DNA of 59,552 bases, counting the filler, from Blastocystis sp. subtype 4 (taxonomy: Eukaryota), in NCBI RefSeq assembly GCF_000743755.1. It is 2 parts of 2 records of this genome, joined end to end, with 100 filler letters (N's around TTAATTAATTAA, not from the genome) between each part and the next. Parts side by side here need not be neighbours in the genome. Positions count along the whole stretch, not along the records: positions 1 to 29,745 come from NW_014569425.1; 1 more part is not named here. One strand, given 5' to 3'. The position numbers were made by a program, and so were the translations under genes. Below, in pieces: positions 1 to 13,090 of this stretch; the stretch's first letter is position 1; every line of letters starts with the position of its first letter. The notes beneath the pieces are model-generated. The model ran no database searches. It saw nothing but the letters and a program-made list of their open reading frames with translations, and had not been told where the DNA came from.

Positions 1-897
1 GCTATCAATCACTCACACTCCTCATACTCACTTTGCCATGGAATTCAATCTCAGCACTGTAACCTGTCTTTGGACAGCTGAAACTCAGCTTGTCAATCAA
101 TTGCATACGAAGAGTACCAAAAAACAGACCTGTTCCTGCAAAGGCTGGAATGATGGTATTATACTAGATTCAGAAAAAAAAACCAGTTCATACCACTTCA
201 TCGAATTTTGGAAGGAACACCTCAATGTTACCCAACATACTGCCCATTGCACTATTTCCCGTGAAATGAGACTTCGTCCAAATATATCCATTCACACAAT
301 ATTGTTTCTTCTGATTCTCAAGATAGAAAGCAGAAATGGGAGGATGGTGATTACATTGCTCAGCCACGTAACTAACACGACTCTCAGGTGTATCTACAAT
401 ACAAGAGAACGTTTCTCCAATAATAGGATTGTAAGGTTTTTTACAACCATGAGTCTTGTAATGCCAACTGGACAAATACCATTTCAATAAAAGCATGAAA
501 CGCTTGTAAGCATCATCGCTTTGTAGACTACAATGATATACCTGTTCAATTATCTACTCTGGAGAATCCAGAAGATCCACATGCATAAGCATATCACCGA
601 GATGCTCCAAAAGAGATCGAGGTGATAAGAAGAATACTGGAATTAGAACACGAGTCAGATCCTGACCTATCATCTTAATTGAATCGCATACATATACCAG
701 GCTTTAAAGATTTTAAAATGTGCATGAAGAGACTAGGCTGGACATAAGGTTCACCATTCACCTCTCCACCTCGTGTATTCTCAGGATCTACATCCATAAA
801 CGAAAACAAATACGAGAATACCTTCTACGGTGTACTGAGCATAGTCTTTTCCTTCAGAATAACTCTGCAAATCGCGTTGAGATTGTTCTTCTGCCAT
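1..897 (-). CDS. Oxysterol-binding protein family (ORP), 3' end outside window
   Basis: Spliced exons give QDLTRVLIPVFFLSPRSLLE, KKPYNPIIGETF and EQCNHHPPISAFY (OSBP fingerprint EQVSHHPP). ATG at 897. Confidence 0.9.
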
Positions 898-1084
898 CCC
901 GTGCTCTACTCCAAACAATTAGATTATACCATAAGGAAGATCAAGCACATCGAAAAACCAATCACTTACAAAAACAATGAATTCAACTATGAAGTGACGT
1001 CATCTCAGGGAGTTACATTCTGACGAAACGCCCCTTCTTCGTGTTAGAATCTATAGAATAAGATTTTGAAACAAACAGCTTGAG

Positions 1085-4000
1085 TTATTTGCGCAGATAC
1101 ACATTCACTCCTGATTCTGGGATGACCGAACTGATTTCTCGGAACAACTCTCCCTTGGTATTGAATGCCATGCACTCGAGATCAGCTGCACATATAGCAG
1201 CAAGCATTTCAGGATCATGACTCTTGGAGAGATGATATGCTGTTGCTTTGATCGTAGCATTTTCTTCGATTTCGAATCGTTTCATAGAATTCTCAAAGAT
1301 ATCATGGTACTGTTTTTCAATCGTTTTTATTGGAGAAAAGTGAGATACCTTGTACAAATCCTGCTTTGAGTCCCACTGCAAGCCATATTCTACTGCTTTC
1401 GCATGATAGTCTTCATGTACCAAAGTCTGATTCTTCATCAAGGCATCAAAGAGCATCTCAAAGTAGAGTGTCCAACGGCCTGAGTAATAGTCACCAACAA
1501 CGCCAGCCCATTCTCGAGCTGAATAATCATTTATCTCACCATGAGGTCCCCAAAGAGAAATCTGATTCTTTGCCGCAAAGAGGAACTGTTGCTGCATTTC
1601 CTCTAGCGAGTGTGTTTCGTCAACAGCAAACGCAGCCTTCTTCAGAGCTCCACGAGTCCACACACCCAGCTGGAAATTCTTGTTGGTTTGTAAGAGCTCA
1701 TCCAGCTGCTGGATCAGCAACAGCAGGAAGACTGCAATACCTTTCGATCTACGTTCCAGTTTCCTCTCATACCTACGTAGCAATGCATTCCTTGCCCTTA
1801 AAGACAGTCCCACGCACATACAAATCAGTTCCTTCCGTTCGTTCACCTTTCCGAATAAAACTCTTCAGATAACCGTTGCTGTTGAAAGCAGCACAGTTAG
1901 GATGTTTCACACACTCCTTCTGTATCTCTTCGATGGTACAGGGTCGGAAGTGTTGACCATCTGAACATCTGACCACATCAACGATACTATCATAGACATC
2001 AGCATCCTTTACAAACTCAAAGGTGTCTGTAAAGGGCATACATTCTCGAATATGTGTACCGAACAATCGCAATCTCTCTGCAAAGAGATTCTGATACTGC
2101 TGACGTGTGACATCCACGAGATCATAGAAGAAGGGTTCTGGAGGTTGGGGCAATCTCTTAGCTTCCTATTCATCATCATCTCATATCATCTCCACCTGTA
2201 CTATAATATGATATGCAGTTGCGATCGCATCCATGTCAGTCACACTGTATTCTCGGTTATAGAATGGTTCCCAGACCATTGGAGGATGTGGATAGATATG
2301 GACTTCTAATACAGTCATACAACTACTCTCTCTGTACTCTGTGAATACACCTTAGGCAACAAAACGTCCCACATCCTCTTCAATTCAGGACTGGATATAC
2401 CATAGCGACGCTCGCTATAACGATGTAACCACTCACTCAAATCCACTTTCTTGCGCCATGCCATTTCCTAGTGATAAACCTCCTCCCCAGAACAAACAAA
2501 TAGCAAATCGTACACTACCACATTCTGATCGATTCCTTCCATAAAGGCTCCAATACCTACCATGTACTCTGGATACGATTGATAGGCTTCCTGAGGACCC
2601 TTCGCTATGGCTCCTAAATCACCATACAATCCCTTCACAGCGCCAAAATTTGGCAAGGAACCCCAAATGAACTATGAATGAATGGAATTCCAAATATCCA
2701 CTCTTTTTTTGTTATCACCTGCTTTGTTGTAGATAGGTGTCTATGAGTGATTCTCACTCTTGTCTCCTCACCAAATCACTCATCAAATCCAACAAAATTG
2801 CATCTTCAGACTTCTCAATACCACTCAAAAAAGCAGCTACGCCTTTGGTAAAGGAATCTAAAAATCAGCACGATTTGGATATAATCCTCGGTCCAGACAT
2901 GGGAGTTGATAAAGACCCATGTCTCCATGAGCCAGACTCCATCAGAATCACCTTCCTTGATAGACTGGATCATTCCGTAGGAACAGGACTGCAAGTATTC
3001 TGGATCCATAGATTTGGGCTATTCATCAGACAATGCTCACTATCATACATCCATCTCCATAAACAAATCACCATTGTAAAAATGTGATGTATAACCGTAA
3101 TAATCCATTTCGTTATGAATTCCATCATGACACAAAACAAGGATATTTCTGTGCTTTAATAAACATTGCTCCAATGGTCTTGAATAAAGGATCCACAGGC
3201 TCCAGCAAAATCAACTACATGGAAAGTCTTCATAATGTCTACGTGTCCATACGGTGCTTCCCAGTTAGTCCATGACGGTGAGATGGAATAAGAGACATTA
3301 GGATAGATCGTCTGGACTCAGTCTTAAGAATACATGCCTACGATGAGCTCATCAGGGACATAGCCAGCGAAAGCAGGAAGAACTGGGTACATACCCAAAG
3401 AAACCTCTCGTTCAACAATCTACAGTAAGAAGGATTCTAAGGGAATACTCGCTTATTGAGTTCTAATTCATGCTGTAAGAAGGATAGTGTAAGTGGACCT
3501 CCCCATTGCTTGATATTTCCCATACGATTCCATGGCTAAAAATAAGAGGATACAGGGATTTGAACATCGAAATGGACTCCAGTGAAATGACGGAGAATCC
3601 CTTCTTCTGAGAGACCCAACTCCCTATATACTTGGTAGAAGAGGTACTCTTGCCTATGGATGAGAAAGAAGTCCTTTATGTACCCGTTAAAAGCTAGAGG
3701 CATATTCACTCCGTTAAGAGCCATCCAGTCAATCTCACGTTCCCAACGATCCCATTCCCAATGAACATAACTGTACCCAAATGTGCACACATTCATATTG
3801 TATCGATACTCTGCAAAGATCTATAAGTTCATAGACCAACAAAAACGAACCTCCTCCTTCCAGGGAGCAGGAAGAGAGGGAAGAGGGGACGGAATCGAAA
3901 TATGATCTCCAGTTCCGTCTTCTCCCCAACTTAAGGTTGTGTTACAATAATACTTTAGGTACCTTTGAATAATCATTCAGTTAGACCTCTACATGTACAA

Positions 4001-4279
4001 TCCATTTGCAAGTGCAGTTCCACTTGTTCCCTCCACAAGAATCCTTCCTTCTTGATTGCCATTCTTCACAACCCAGAAATCACGATGTGGATTTTCCTTC
4101 TCCACAACTAATAGGTCGACAGAATCTTGCAGATGCTGTATGTGAAATCGACTTGTCATACCCACTTTGGAAAACATACGACCAATCAGTTCATAGACAG
4201 CCTGTTCCTGATTGTTCTCCGATAAAGAAATGGCTTCAATTACAATAGCACAAAAGAAGAACCAAGATAGCCAACGCAT
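1085..4279 (-). CDS. NAGLU: Alpha-N-acetylglucosaminidase (GH89), signal peptide, multi-exon
   Basis: NVCTFGYSYVHWEWDRWEREIDWMALNGVNMPLA, MEGIDQNVVVYDL, YDLVDVTRQ, AKNQISLWGPHGEINDYSAREWAGVVGDYYSGRW. N-terminal hydrophobic leader. Confidence 0.93.
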
Positions 4280-4363
4280 TATTGAGGAAAACCGCAACAA
4301 TGTTAAAGTTGAAACATGGAAACAGTGATTCCTTGATAAACAAGAGTTCTGGAAACAAACATA

Positions 4364-5161
4364 CTAACTTGCAAACTTCTTTAACCACAGGCCTCGTTCG
4401 CTTTTTTCCTTCGTTAGAACAAAATCAAAGAGTATATATGAAAGAACCTAAGTAGCTAGTAGCAAAGGATATGGATTCGCAGCACCCGTTTATTCAGTCC
4501 ATTTCCGTTCAAATACTGAATGACACTAACAGTGACAATCACCGTATATTCAAGACTTAGTACATATAGAATCTGACAAATACCGTGATGATCGACCTGG
4601 ATACGACTTTTGTGAATACAATTGAGAATCATCTAACGAACACTGAAATGCTCCATCCAAATGCATTAGCTCAGGGATTAAATCATATGAATTAACTGTG
4701 ATTTGATTATTAAGTGACTCCTGGTTCGAATGAAAGGATATGGTATAGTACAACTGCTTTGTAATCACCAACTCCGATACTTCAATGTTGTGAATGCAGT
4801 GAAGCGAACATAACTTCATATCACTTCCCAGGGAATGCAAATCTCCCTTATCATCTGCTCGAATTAACACAGAAAGGAATTCTGTATCACTAAATCGTTT
4901 TTGCAATCGGACTATCGACGAGCCCGAACTACTATCCACTGACCAGCCCCTTAGAATCACAGCCATTTCTAGCTTCAAACAGTTTATTTAGCTGATTTGC
5001 GTCTCGCTGCATCCGTTGTTGATACCCTACTATCTAAATTAATCGCCTAAATCACCTTTCATATTGCTTTTACATCGTTTATATTCCTTTTGAAGTCCAT
5101 TCATAAGAGTCTGTGTGGATGTGGAGATAGAACGAACCATCACTCTACCCAGATTGTTCAT
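4364..5161 (-). CDS. Probable MAM33/p32 (C1QBP)-like mitochondrial-type protein
   Basis: Basic Ser/Thr-rich N-terminus MNNLGRVMVRSISTS and GWSVDSSSGSSIVRLQKRF. The C-terminus LFDFVLTKEKSERGLWLKKFAS* resembles the MAM33 terminal helix. Confidence 0.45.
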
Positions 5162-5210
5162 TTTCCGTCGTTACTAAATCCAACAAACACAGAAGAAACA
5201 AAGAAGAAAA

Positions 5211-5830
5211 CTACTCATCATTCAACATAAACTGGGTTGAATCGTCCATAAACTCAACAAATCGAATCTTGATCTCATTTGCACGGGCTCCCTTCAGCAT
5301 ATCTTGTTTAAATGCACATTCCACCTTCATCTATACTCAAAGATACCTACGACTTGTACATGAATCATCTCCAATGCTCCACGGAAGATCCCACAATATA
5401 TATTGTTGTATTGAAGATCAGCTAACTCATCAGGAAGTTCTACAAAGTGAGTGAGAGGATTTGTAGTGAATTCTACAGGTCAAACAAAACTCTAGGATCG
5501 TACTAATAATACAGGATTGCTCATCTTCATTCCAATTCTCTACGGTTGCTTGAGTTCCAGCATACATCGGTAGTGCCTTAGTAGCAATGTTTTCACACGA
5601 CTCTCGAAATGAGCGAATTCCTCTCGTTCGTGTTTTTGCCAAATACTCTTCAACCAGCCGTATTCCAATATTGTATCTGGAATTAAGATGGATCGAATAC
5701 CGTACCCTAGATGTTCTATTTGTTTGTTGATCTCGGTGACATCCTCGTAATCCTTCACAATCTGGGAAATGAAGGCTCCATAGGTCAAGGCCAATAATTC
5801 GGAACTGACTGTTGTATCTCCCTCTTCCAT
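5211..5830 (-). CDS. TRAPPC3: TRAPP complex subunit Bet3/TRAPPC3
   Basis: VSSELLALTYGAFISQIVKDYEDVTEINKQIEHLGY and FRESCENIATKALPMY. Ends NEIKIRFVEFMDDSTQFMLNDE*. Confidence 0.9.
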
Positions 5831-5934
5831 AACAACTCGAAAATGGAAGGAAATTTGGGCTAATTTATGGGAGCCCAATACTACTTCCGTAGACTAGCCC
5901 AAATTACCTATATCATAAAGATTTCAGATTAACC

Positions 5935-6518
5935 ATGTCAGTCGGTTCCGATGAAGAACTCTATGAGGAAAAGTCACGTACTCCTAAGAGAAAAGTGAAA
6001 CCGAAAGCGAATCCCAAACCTAAACGAGAAAAGACCGCTACTGAGATAGCACTGAAAAAGGAGATGCACAGACGATGCGAGTCTGTAAGAATCTGCAGAA
6101 TGAATCAGGACATAGAGAAGAAGAGCTCGGATTAATCAATGTTATGATCATATATTTGATCTGCTAGAGTTTACATCAACACTGCAAAGTAAGAGCAACG
6201 CCAAAACGGATCGTTGCTCATTGTTACGTTTCACACTTGGTATGACCTCTTCTCCATTTCAATCAAAGGGTACATGAGGGAACTCAAAAGAGTAGTAAAT
6301 GACACTGCTCGTTTGCTATGTCAGATTGCGCACAATAAACAAGAACTTATTAGTCTCTTTCCGCCTGCTCAATTGCAATTCATTCTCCAGTCCAGTATTC
6401 TTCTTTGGACAATTTGATTATAGATTTCGTTGATGATGATGTGTGCCTTATGTTGGCTGCCTGCTACAACATGCCTTATGAATCGAGACAGACGCAGAGA
6501 TATTCGTCACAAAATTGA
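5935..6518 (+). CDS. Hypothetical protein (basic N-terminus)
   Basis: Exon-like ORFs linked by about 30-nt GT-AG introns. TGA at 6516-6518 followed by TGTTTCAT. No family recognised. Confidence 0.5.
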
Positions 6519-6542
6519 GATGTTTCATGAAACAAACAAACC

Positions 6543-8510
6543 AATGTACATAAGCCTCTCTAGACTCAATATAGTCCCCAAGAATAATTTGTGGTGTCCT
6601 AGATCTCGACGCTGTGATCGAATATCGCCAATACAGAATAATGAGAATGAATACAAATGTAACCAACAGTAAACACAGAAGCACGAGAACGAGTCGAAGC
6701 CCGTCGTCCGGTTTCTTTCCTCCCACCTTTTCATCGAAGCTATCATCCGAAGATTGAACCAATATCCAGAAGGGCGATTGGGCCATGGCTGGAGTGATCC
6801 GTGATGATTCATGAAGTATAGACGAAGCAATACGTCCCTCATATGATGGAGAGTCGATAAATCGATGTAACGTCCTGCTCGCATCTTCACACAGCATGGA
6901 GATTCGCTATAATGAGGTCCACACACAATAACTACTTTGAAAACTCGAACAGCTTCCTTTGAAGTCAAATCGAGATGTATGTTAAGTTTCGATTGAACAC
7001 TCTTTAGATAGCCAAAGAATGAAAGACCTGATCGACTCGATGACAGCGAGGGCATAAGAATAGACGACTTGGGAATCGTATCAAGAAGTCCCAGGAACAT
7101 ATCGCCAAGAGCCACTTGCTCGGCATGACCTCTATTGGTTACATGATAGAAAGAACAATACCCCAGAGTGACCTGAATATAGTATATAATTAGGAGATAA
7201 ATAACCATAGTATGATTACAGTCATTCTCGATGCGATTGTTCTTTAAGAAGTATCGGAAACATATATACAGATCCTTAAATCCCTGAATACGTTTTGCAT
7301 ATCTGATAAAACCAGAAAAGCTTGTATTACACTCCTTGGCAACAATCAAATGAATGGCAATACCACTATACACATGCTTGCATTCGATATTCATAATTGC
7401 ATCGTCTGTTGTAGTAGGAACAATTTCTTGGAATTTGGTAGAAACCATCAGTGCATTAACTATCTTGGTGGTATCTCGTTTGGCGTCGGATACAGAAACT
7501 ATACAGTCAATCCCGCTATCTGGAAGCATTCTAAGGATAAACAAAAGAACAAGGCACATACAAACCAGTGTAGGATGAACCCACAATACCCAATTTTCTG
7601 TTTGGAATACTTGCATTTATAATGTTTTGTAACTCCTCCTCGATTAACTTTCGCAAACGCAGTTCCTTCTTTGAAAGGGTCAACCATTCAAGTAAAATTG
7701 TCAACTCCTTTGAAAACCGTTCTCGAGGACTTAGGTTTCCATAAGTAGAACCACTGGAAAGCAACCATGCAGGAATCGCTGTCTACATAAAGATTACAAC
7801 CAAACCAATCTCAAATGTAAGTCCCTACTTCCTCTAATCCTTCATCATAGAGCTCATTCATTTCTGAACTACATCAAACGGGAGTGATTATCAATTTCTG
7901 TCACCACTTATTGCGCCAACTAGGATTCATTTATGTATTGAGAGACTATCAATTCTCGATCTGTTGGAGACTCAGGATAACGGTCATTATGATGTATAAT
8001 GAGAAATACACATATCGACAGAAACAATGGATCTTCATGATTACGAAATAGCACCCACTAGAATTTTATCTTCTCATTTGTGAACTAAACATTTTTCAAA
8101 TAACAAACATCTTTTCCGTAATGTGGCTTTCACTTTATGCATTAGCCGCTAATGATAATGATAACATCTTACCATCAGTCTGGTATATTGAAGGTAATAG
8201 GAATATTCACATAACCTTGAAATATAGGTTAATGATTTCAGCACCGTCGAATGAACAGATCACTGTTGTTGCATTCCATATGTAACGACTCACAATAGAA
8301 TCAGAAACCGATCGATCATGACGCAACCAGAAACGCAATTTGTGGTTTTAATAGTACCATATAGATCCGTCTCATCCACCTCTTCTGGTCCCACACTTAA
8401 TAGTATCACATCCCTAATATTGACTTACATGAAGTCCACCCAATCGCCAATAATTCAACTCCAAAATAAAATTGATGGAAAATGAAGGTATTTAGACCCT
8501 GTAGAATCAT
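6543..8510 (-). CDS. Divergent TRF4/PAPD5-like non-canonical nucleotidyltransferase with C-terminal TM helix; 5' end uncertain
   Basis: LGIVGSSYTGL-(intron)-MLPDSGIDCIV resembles GSxxTGLxLPxSDIDLVV. Also FRYFLKNNRIE...MVIYLLIIYYIQ and LGDMFLGLLD. A 29-nt intron joins it to a frame with LRLVLVLLCLLLVTFVFILIILYW. Confidence 0.6.
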
Positions 8511-8573
8511 CTCAATCCTGTTTCAGATTCCCACGGAATGAGGGCGAATACTTGCAGACAATCAAAAGTTGTC

Positions 8574-10527
8574 ATGCAGTGGTTTGCCTTCTTTCTATGT
8601 CTTGTTCTAGGTGTAGAATTTATTGATTTTCATTGACTAAAGAGTATAGGGGAGGGCCTTCCGGAGATGATGAATCGAGCACATATCCGTTTTCAGTCAA
8701 CAATTGAAAATGTCGATGTTTATATCGTATAATCTCTTCAAGAGTAGATTCTGGTTCGATCGACGAACTGCCACCACTGTCCTTTCCAGCCATTCTTCGA
8801 AGATGTGGGGACTGACTTAACGTAGATAATGGCATCAGAAATAACATATAGGGAATACAAGCCTATTGATATGGAATATACACAGGAAATTCAAGCAGTT
8901 GGCTCTTCAAATATCACTTTGTATCAAAAGTTTCTTTTCAAAGAGTATGGCGTTTATACGATCACAATTGGGAATCTAACAAATCCAGTACGCTTTTCCT
9001 TTTCCTATTGATATGAAGATGGAAGTCGTTACTGATCGATCTGGTCACAATTACTATGGTCCCTTATTCTTTATGATTGGTCTTACAATTGTCATTTTTG
9101 GTATTGTGATGCTAGTACTGTTACTTATTTGACTTGATCGACAGATTGAGAATTTAAGAACTACTTGTAGAAAGAAGGACGAACCACTCATCCAGACCTC
9201 TAAGTCCTCTCGTATAGTTTCGGTAGATGTATTCAGAGGGATGGATTTGTGTTGTATGATCTTCGCCAATTATGGGGCTGGTCAATACCACCGAGCTCTT
9301 GTTCATGCAACTTGGGATGGAATTACTTTTTCCGATTTTGCATTTCCCATGTACCTATGTAAGTACTGTATAATATAGATTTGTGTTCATCCAGGGAATT
9401 ACTTTGCGGATCTCTATTACCAGTGAATTTAAACGCAATATGGCTAATGGCTGTTCTCCCTTAAAAGCTACCTGGAAGTGTACCTTGAAGGTAGAAATCT
9501 GTTCTTATATTCATCCTAGTGCTTGAAACGAGCGATCATTCTCTATCTCTTAACATGGCTTGTGAATTGTTCTACGGATTTCGAATCGCTTCGCTATTTG
9601 GGTGTTCTTGCCTATTTCTCTGTTTCTGGCCTGGTTAACAGCTTAGTCTTGCTCTATATCCCAGTATGGCATTCTCAGTTAGGGTTCATTTCCCGCTGGC
9701 GGGCTCGAGCGGAGTATGCAGAAGACTATCAGGTGTGGCATATGTAGGAATCACTTTCAAATTGTCCCATTAGACTTGATCCTCTTGTTCCCTGTTTATG
9801 TGCTCTCTTGTAAGTCTCTTCACTTTCTTTCATTTGTAGACACTGGCTTATTGCCATGTATATTCCAGCTCCTGGATGTCCTGTGGGTTATACTGGTCCT
9901 GGAGGCATCAGTGATGGTGGCAGATATGAGGGTTGTACTGGTGGTATCTACAGGTATATTGATGTTCAGTTATTCGGAGAGAATCATATCTATCATGAAG
10001 CTGCTGTTGCTTATGTGTATGAAGGCAACTATTTTGAATGTGAAGGTGTGATGGGTTTGTTAAATGCCGTTTTCATGACATATTTGGGAACGCTAGTTTC
10101 ATGGGTCTTTCTAACAGTCCAGAAGCCATCGAAACGGGTTTGGATCTATTTGGGTTCGGGTTTGTGTTTGTTATTGTGTGGAGGTTTGTTGTGTGGTTTC
10201 AAGCAATTTGATGGATACATGCCCATCAACAAGAACAAATGGAATACCTCCTTCATTTGTATCACATCAGGAACTGCATTCCTTGTATTTGCTTTTATCT
10301 ATTTGTTTGTTGATGTATGGGGGATTTGGTCGGGATTCCCAGTGAAAGCTATGGGAATGAATAGTATCTTGATCTACATTGTACATGAATTTGTTCATGG
10401 TTATATCCCTTTCACTTATCACTTTGAGAAGACTACGCATTGGACAGAAATGATTAATAGTTATGTGTTGGGATGTGGCTGGTAATTGCGAACGAGTTCT
10501 ATCGTCAAAAGATGTTCTTTAAAATAT
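8574..10527 (+). CDS. HGSNAT: Heparan-alpha-glucosaminide N-acetyltransferase
   Basis: Signal peptide MQWFAFFLCLVLG. Motifs STNCHHCPFQ, RIVSVDVFRG...MIFANYGAG, HATWDGITFSDFAFP, PGCPVGYTGPGG, PINKNKWNTSF and GMNSILIYIVHE. Ends WLVIANEFYRQKMFFKI. Confidence 0.9.
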
Positions 10528-10531
10528 TGAG

Positions 10532-10539
10532 TGTTTGTT
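10532..10539 (+). terminator. GU-rich polyadenylation element TGTTTGTT (HGSNAT)
   Basis: AAA ATA T|TGAG|TGTTTGTT. Representative of more than 25 such elements at 3' ends in the window. Confidence 0.8.
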
Positions 10540-13000
10540 AGGAAACAGGTAATTCCGAGTCTGTAGAATCGTATGTATCCTCACTGTTGGAATAATCAGT
10601 ACTAGTATTGCTGTTTGTATCGTTACTGTCATCATTACTAGTACCATCCTCATCACTCTCTTCACTACTGCTGGTATCACTCTCCTCACTACTATCACCA
10701 CTTTCCTCACTACCACTTTCCTCACTATCACTCTCCTCACTACTATCACTCTCGCTATAACTGCTATCACTGTCATAGCTACTCTCACTATCTTGCAAAT
10801 ACTGCATAATTTTCCTTATAGACTCATCCTTCAACAATTCCACATTCACTTCTTCTTCTTCCACCTGTTCCTTCCACAACAATAAAGCTTCGTCTCCAAT
10901 CACCTTCTCATCCCACAAGTACTGTACGAACAAGCCAAAAAAGGGCTTAAACAAAACCACATTCATTGCATACATTGCCACACAATCAATAATGGAAACT
11001 TCTGTATTATCACCAATCAGGAAACGACGTAACAATACACTATGGAGACGAATTGTCTGTTTGGTTCGAACAGCTTCTTTACGCCATGCCTCCAAAGAAA
11101 TACCTTCGTGCCAAACACTATCAATCAGAATTCGAACCAAATTCTATAGTAATGAGACTCTTCCTAATCATACCCGAAGAAGATCACTATACTCACAATT
11201 AATTGCCATACGATAACAATTAATCTCCATATAGATTTCATCACTATTTGCTCCTTGACTCTGTTCTAAACGACTAACATACTCCTTCAAACCATTATAA
11301 GCTTCCTGATCTGGATTCAATTCATTTTCTTCTTCTTCATCTGATTCAAATCTATCTATCATTTCAATAACATATCAAACCCTTGACAACCTCGAAGCGA
11401 AGAACGACTCCATTTCTTTTTCTTCTCACGAATCTCTGTTGAAGTACTTCCGCTTCGTAAGATATAACCCTGACCTTTTCCTTCTGCTTGCAAGGAATCC
11501 TCTTCACTCCAACGAATTTCATCACTTTCTTCTTCTGTCATATCCCGCGGGAAACTAATGATAATAACAGCCAAGAGAATCCTACTTGTGAATACGAAGA
11601 CCAGAAAGAGTGACATGAGGAGCAATAACTACATTCATACCCAATGTACATTTATCCAGAGTACAATGATCATGAATAATCGTTCCATCCATAATCACAC
11701 AATCTGTAAGAGTGCTATGTTCACCAATAGTTACATTGTCACTAATAACACATCCTCGTAAGACACACCCTAGTCCAATATGACAATTCACTCCTAATAA
11801 CGTCTCCGAAACAACTGTTTCCTTTGCTAAATCACAACCATATTGAATGAGAGATCGTCGTCCCACACTTGTTGTATAGTCCAGTGAGACCGAAGGATGA
11901 ACATACACATCACCACGACTATAAGGGATCATACGATCTCCAGCAATCGCATTATCAGGAACTGTTGGATAACACCATCTACGTACCACATCAGAGCATA
12001 CGTCTCGATATGTACGCAAATCCTAGATATGACGACAATCCATCAACATCACAATCACGAATTGGGAGTACATCTTATCGTTGAAATAGGCATAATAACG
12101 ATAACCAAAATCCACATTATTCACTTCGTTTGTAAGATAATCCTCACAAATCTCTTTGTAATCATAATTGTCACTGAAGTGCATTATTACCTCTCGACTG
12201 CAAATATGAATCCCTGCAGGAGCAATATCAAATCGAACGGATGCCTAGATCATGAACCTACCACACATCTACAGAATCACTCTCTAAGAGAGAGCTTGTG
12301 AGAACCGAAAAGAAGTCCTTTCCCTTGACGTCACCGTAAGCAAGAATACGATTATCAGCATTCACAATCATTGCTAAATCGCGAGAACGCATCACATTGC
12401 TGTTATAAGGAATGTGAGTGAACACTGATGTCATTGCATTATAAGAGGACTTTTGCCAACGATTCTCATGCTCCTTCCAGATGGGAGCGAGGTCAAGATT
12501 CGTAATGGCACCTGCATTTACCAAAACAAAGTTGTTTCCCCTTAATACACCACAGTTATCTAATTCACGGAGAATATCTCCTGTAGAATTGCATGAAGGC
12601 ATGTAATGAAGAGTAATCACAGGAGAAGAGACATATCGCGATTGGCTGCATTCCGATCTACTTATCATTCTGATATAAACCTATACGATCGAGCTTCATA
12701 GTAGTTCACTTTCTCAAAATACCTTTTGATGTCTTTATCATGTGTAGAATAGCAAACAATGATTTCGTCCATATTCTGAGCTGTTAGCCAGTACATCGAG
12801 TAATCAATCAACCGCATATTAGCTAAAGGAAGTAATCCCTAATCCTAATCAAGTCTCTGATGTGAGATACGATGGGGACATCCATATTCAATGGATATAA
12901 GAGACGTGAGAACGAATTCACGATCACGACAGCCTTTTCATTATCAAGTCTTATCAACAGATACCTGACGCACTTTCTTCTTATTCAAGTCACCACTCAT
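10538..13000 (-). CDS. EIF2B5: Translation initiation factor eIF2B epsilon subunit
   Basis: QAVVIVNSFSRLLYPL...LLPLANMRLIDY, STGDILRELD and YRDVCSDVVRRWCYP. Left-handed beta-helix hexapeptide repeats and a W2/HEAT C-domain with acidic tail. Confidence 0.88.
10560..10795 (-). repeat. Coding Ser/Asp/Glu low-complexity tandem repeat (about 15-nt units, SEESD/SEESG)
   Basis: Repeated ctcactactatcact / cactttcctcacta units encode SESDSSEESDSEESGSEESG at the eIF2B-epsilon C-terminus. Confidence 0.8.
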
Positions 13001-13090
13001 GTCTCTACTAGGAATCATAGAATCATATACCCCTTTTTGGGGTCCATAAAAAGGAAAGATTCTTACTATCATCTTCGTTCTTGGAAGTGA

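Noticed and set aside
10560..10795. Regular short repeats that could suggest a CRISPR array or satellite
   Set aside because: No unique spacers. They encode the acidic eIF2B-epsilon tail in a eukaryotic gene.
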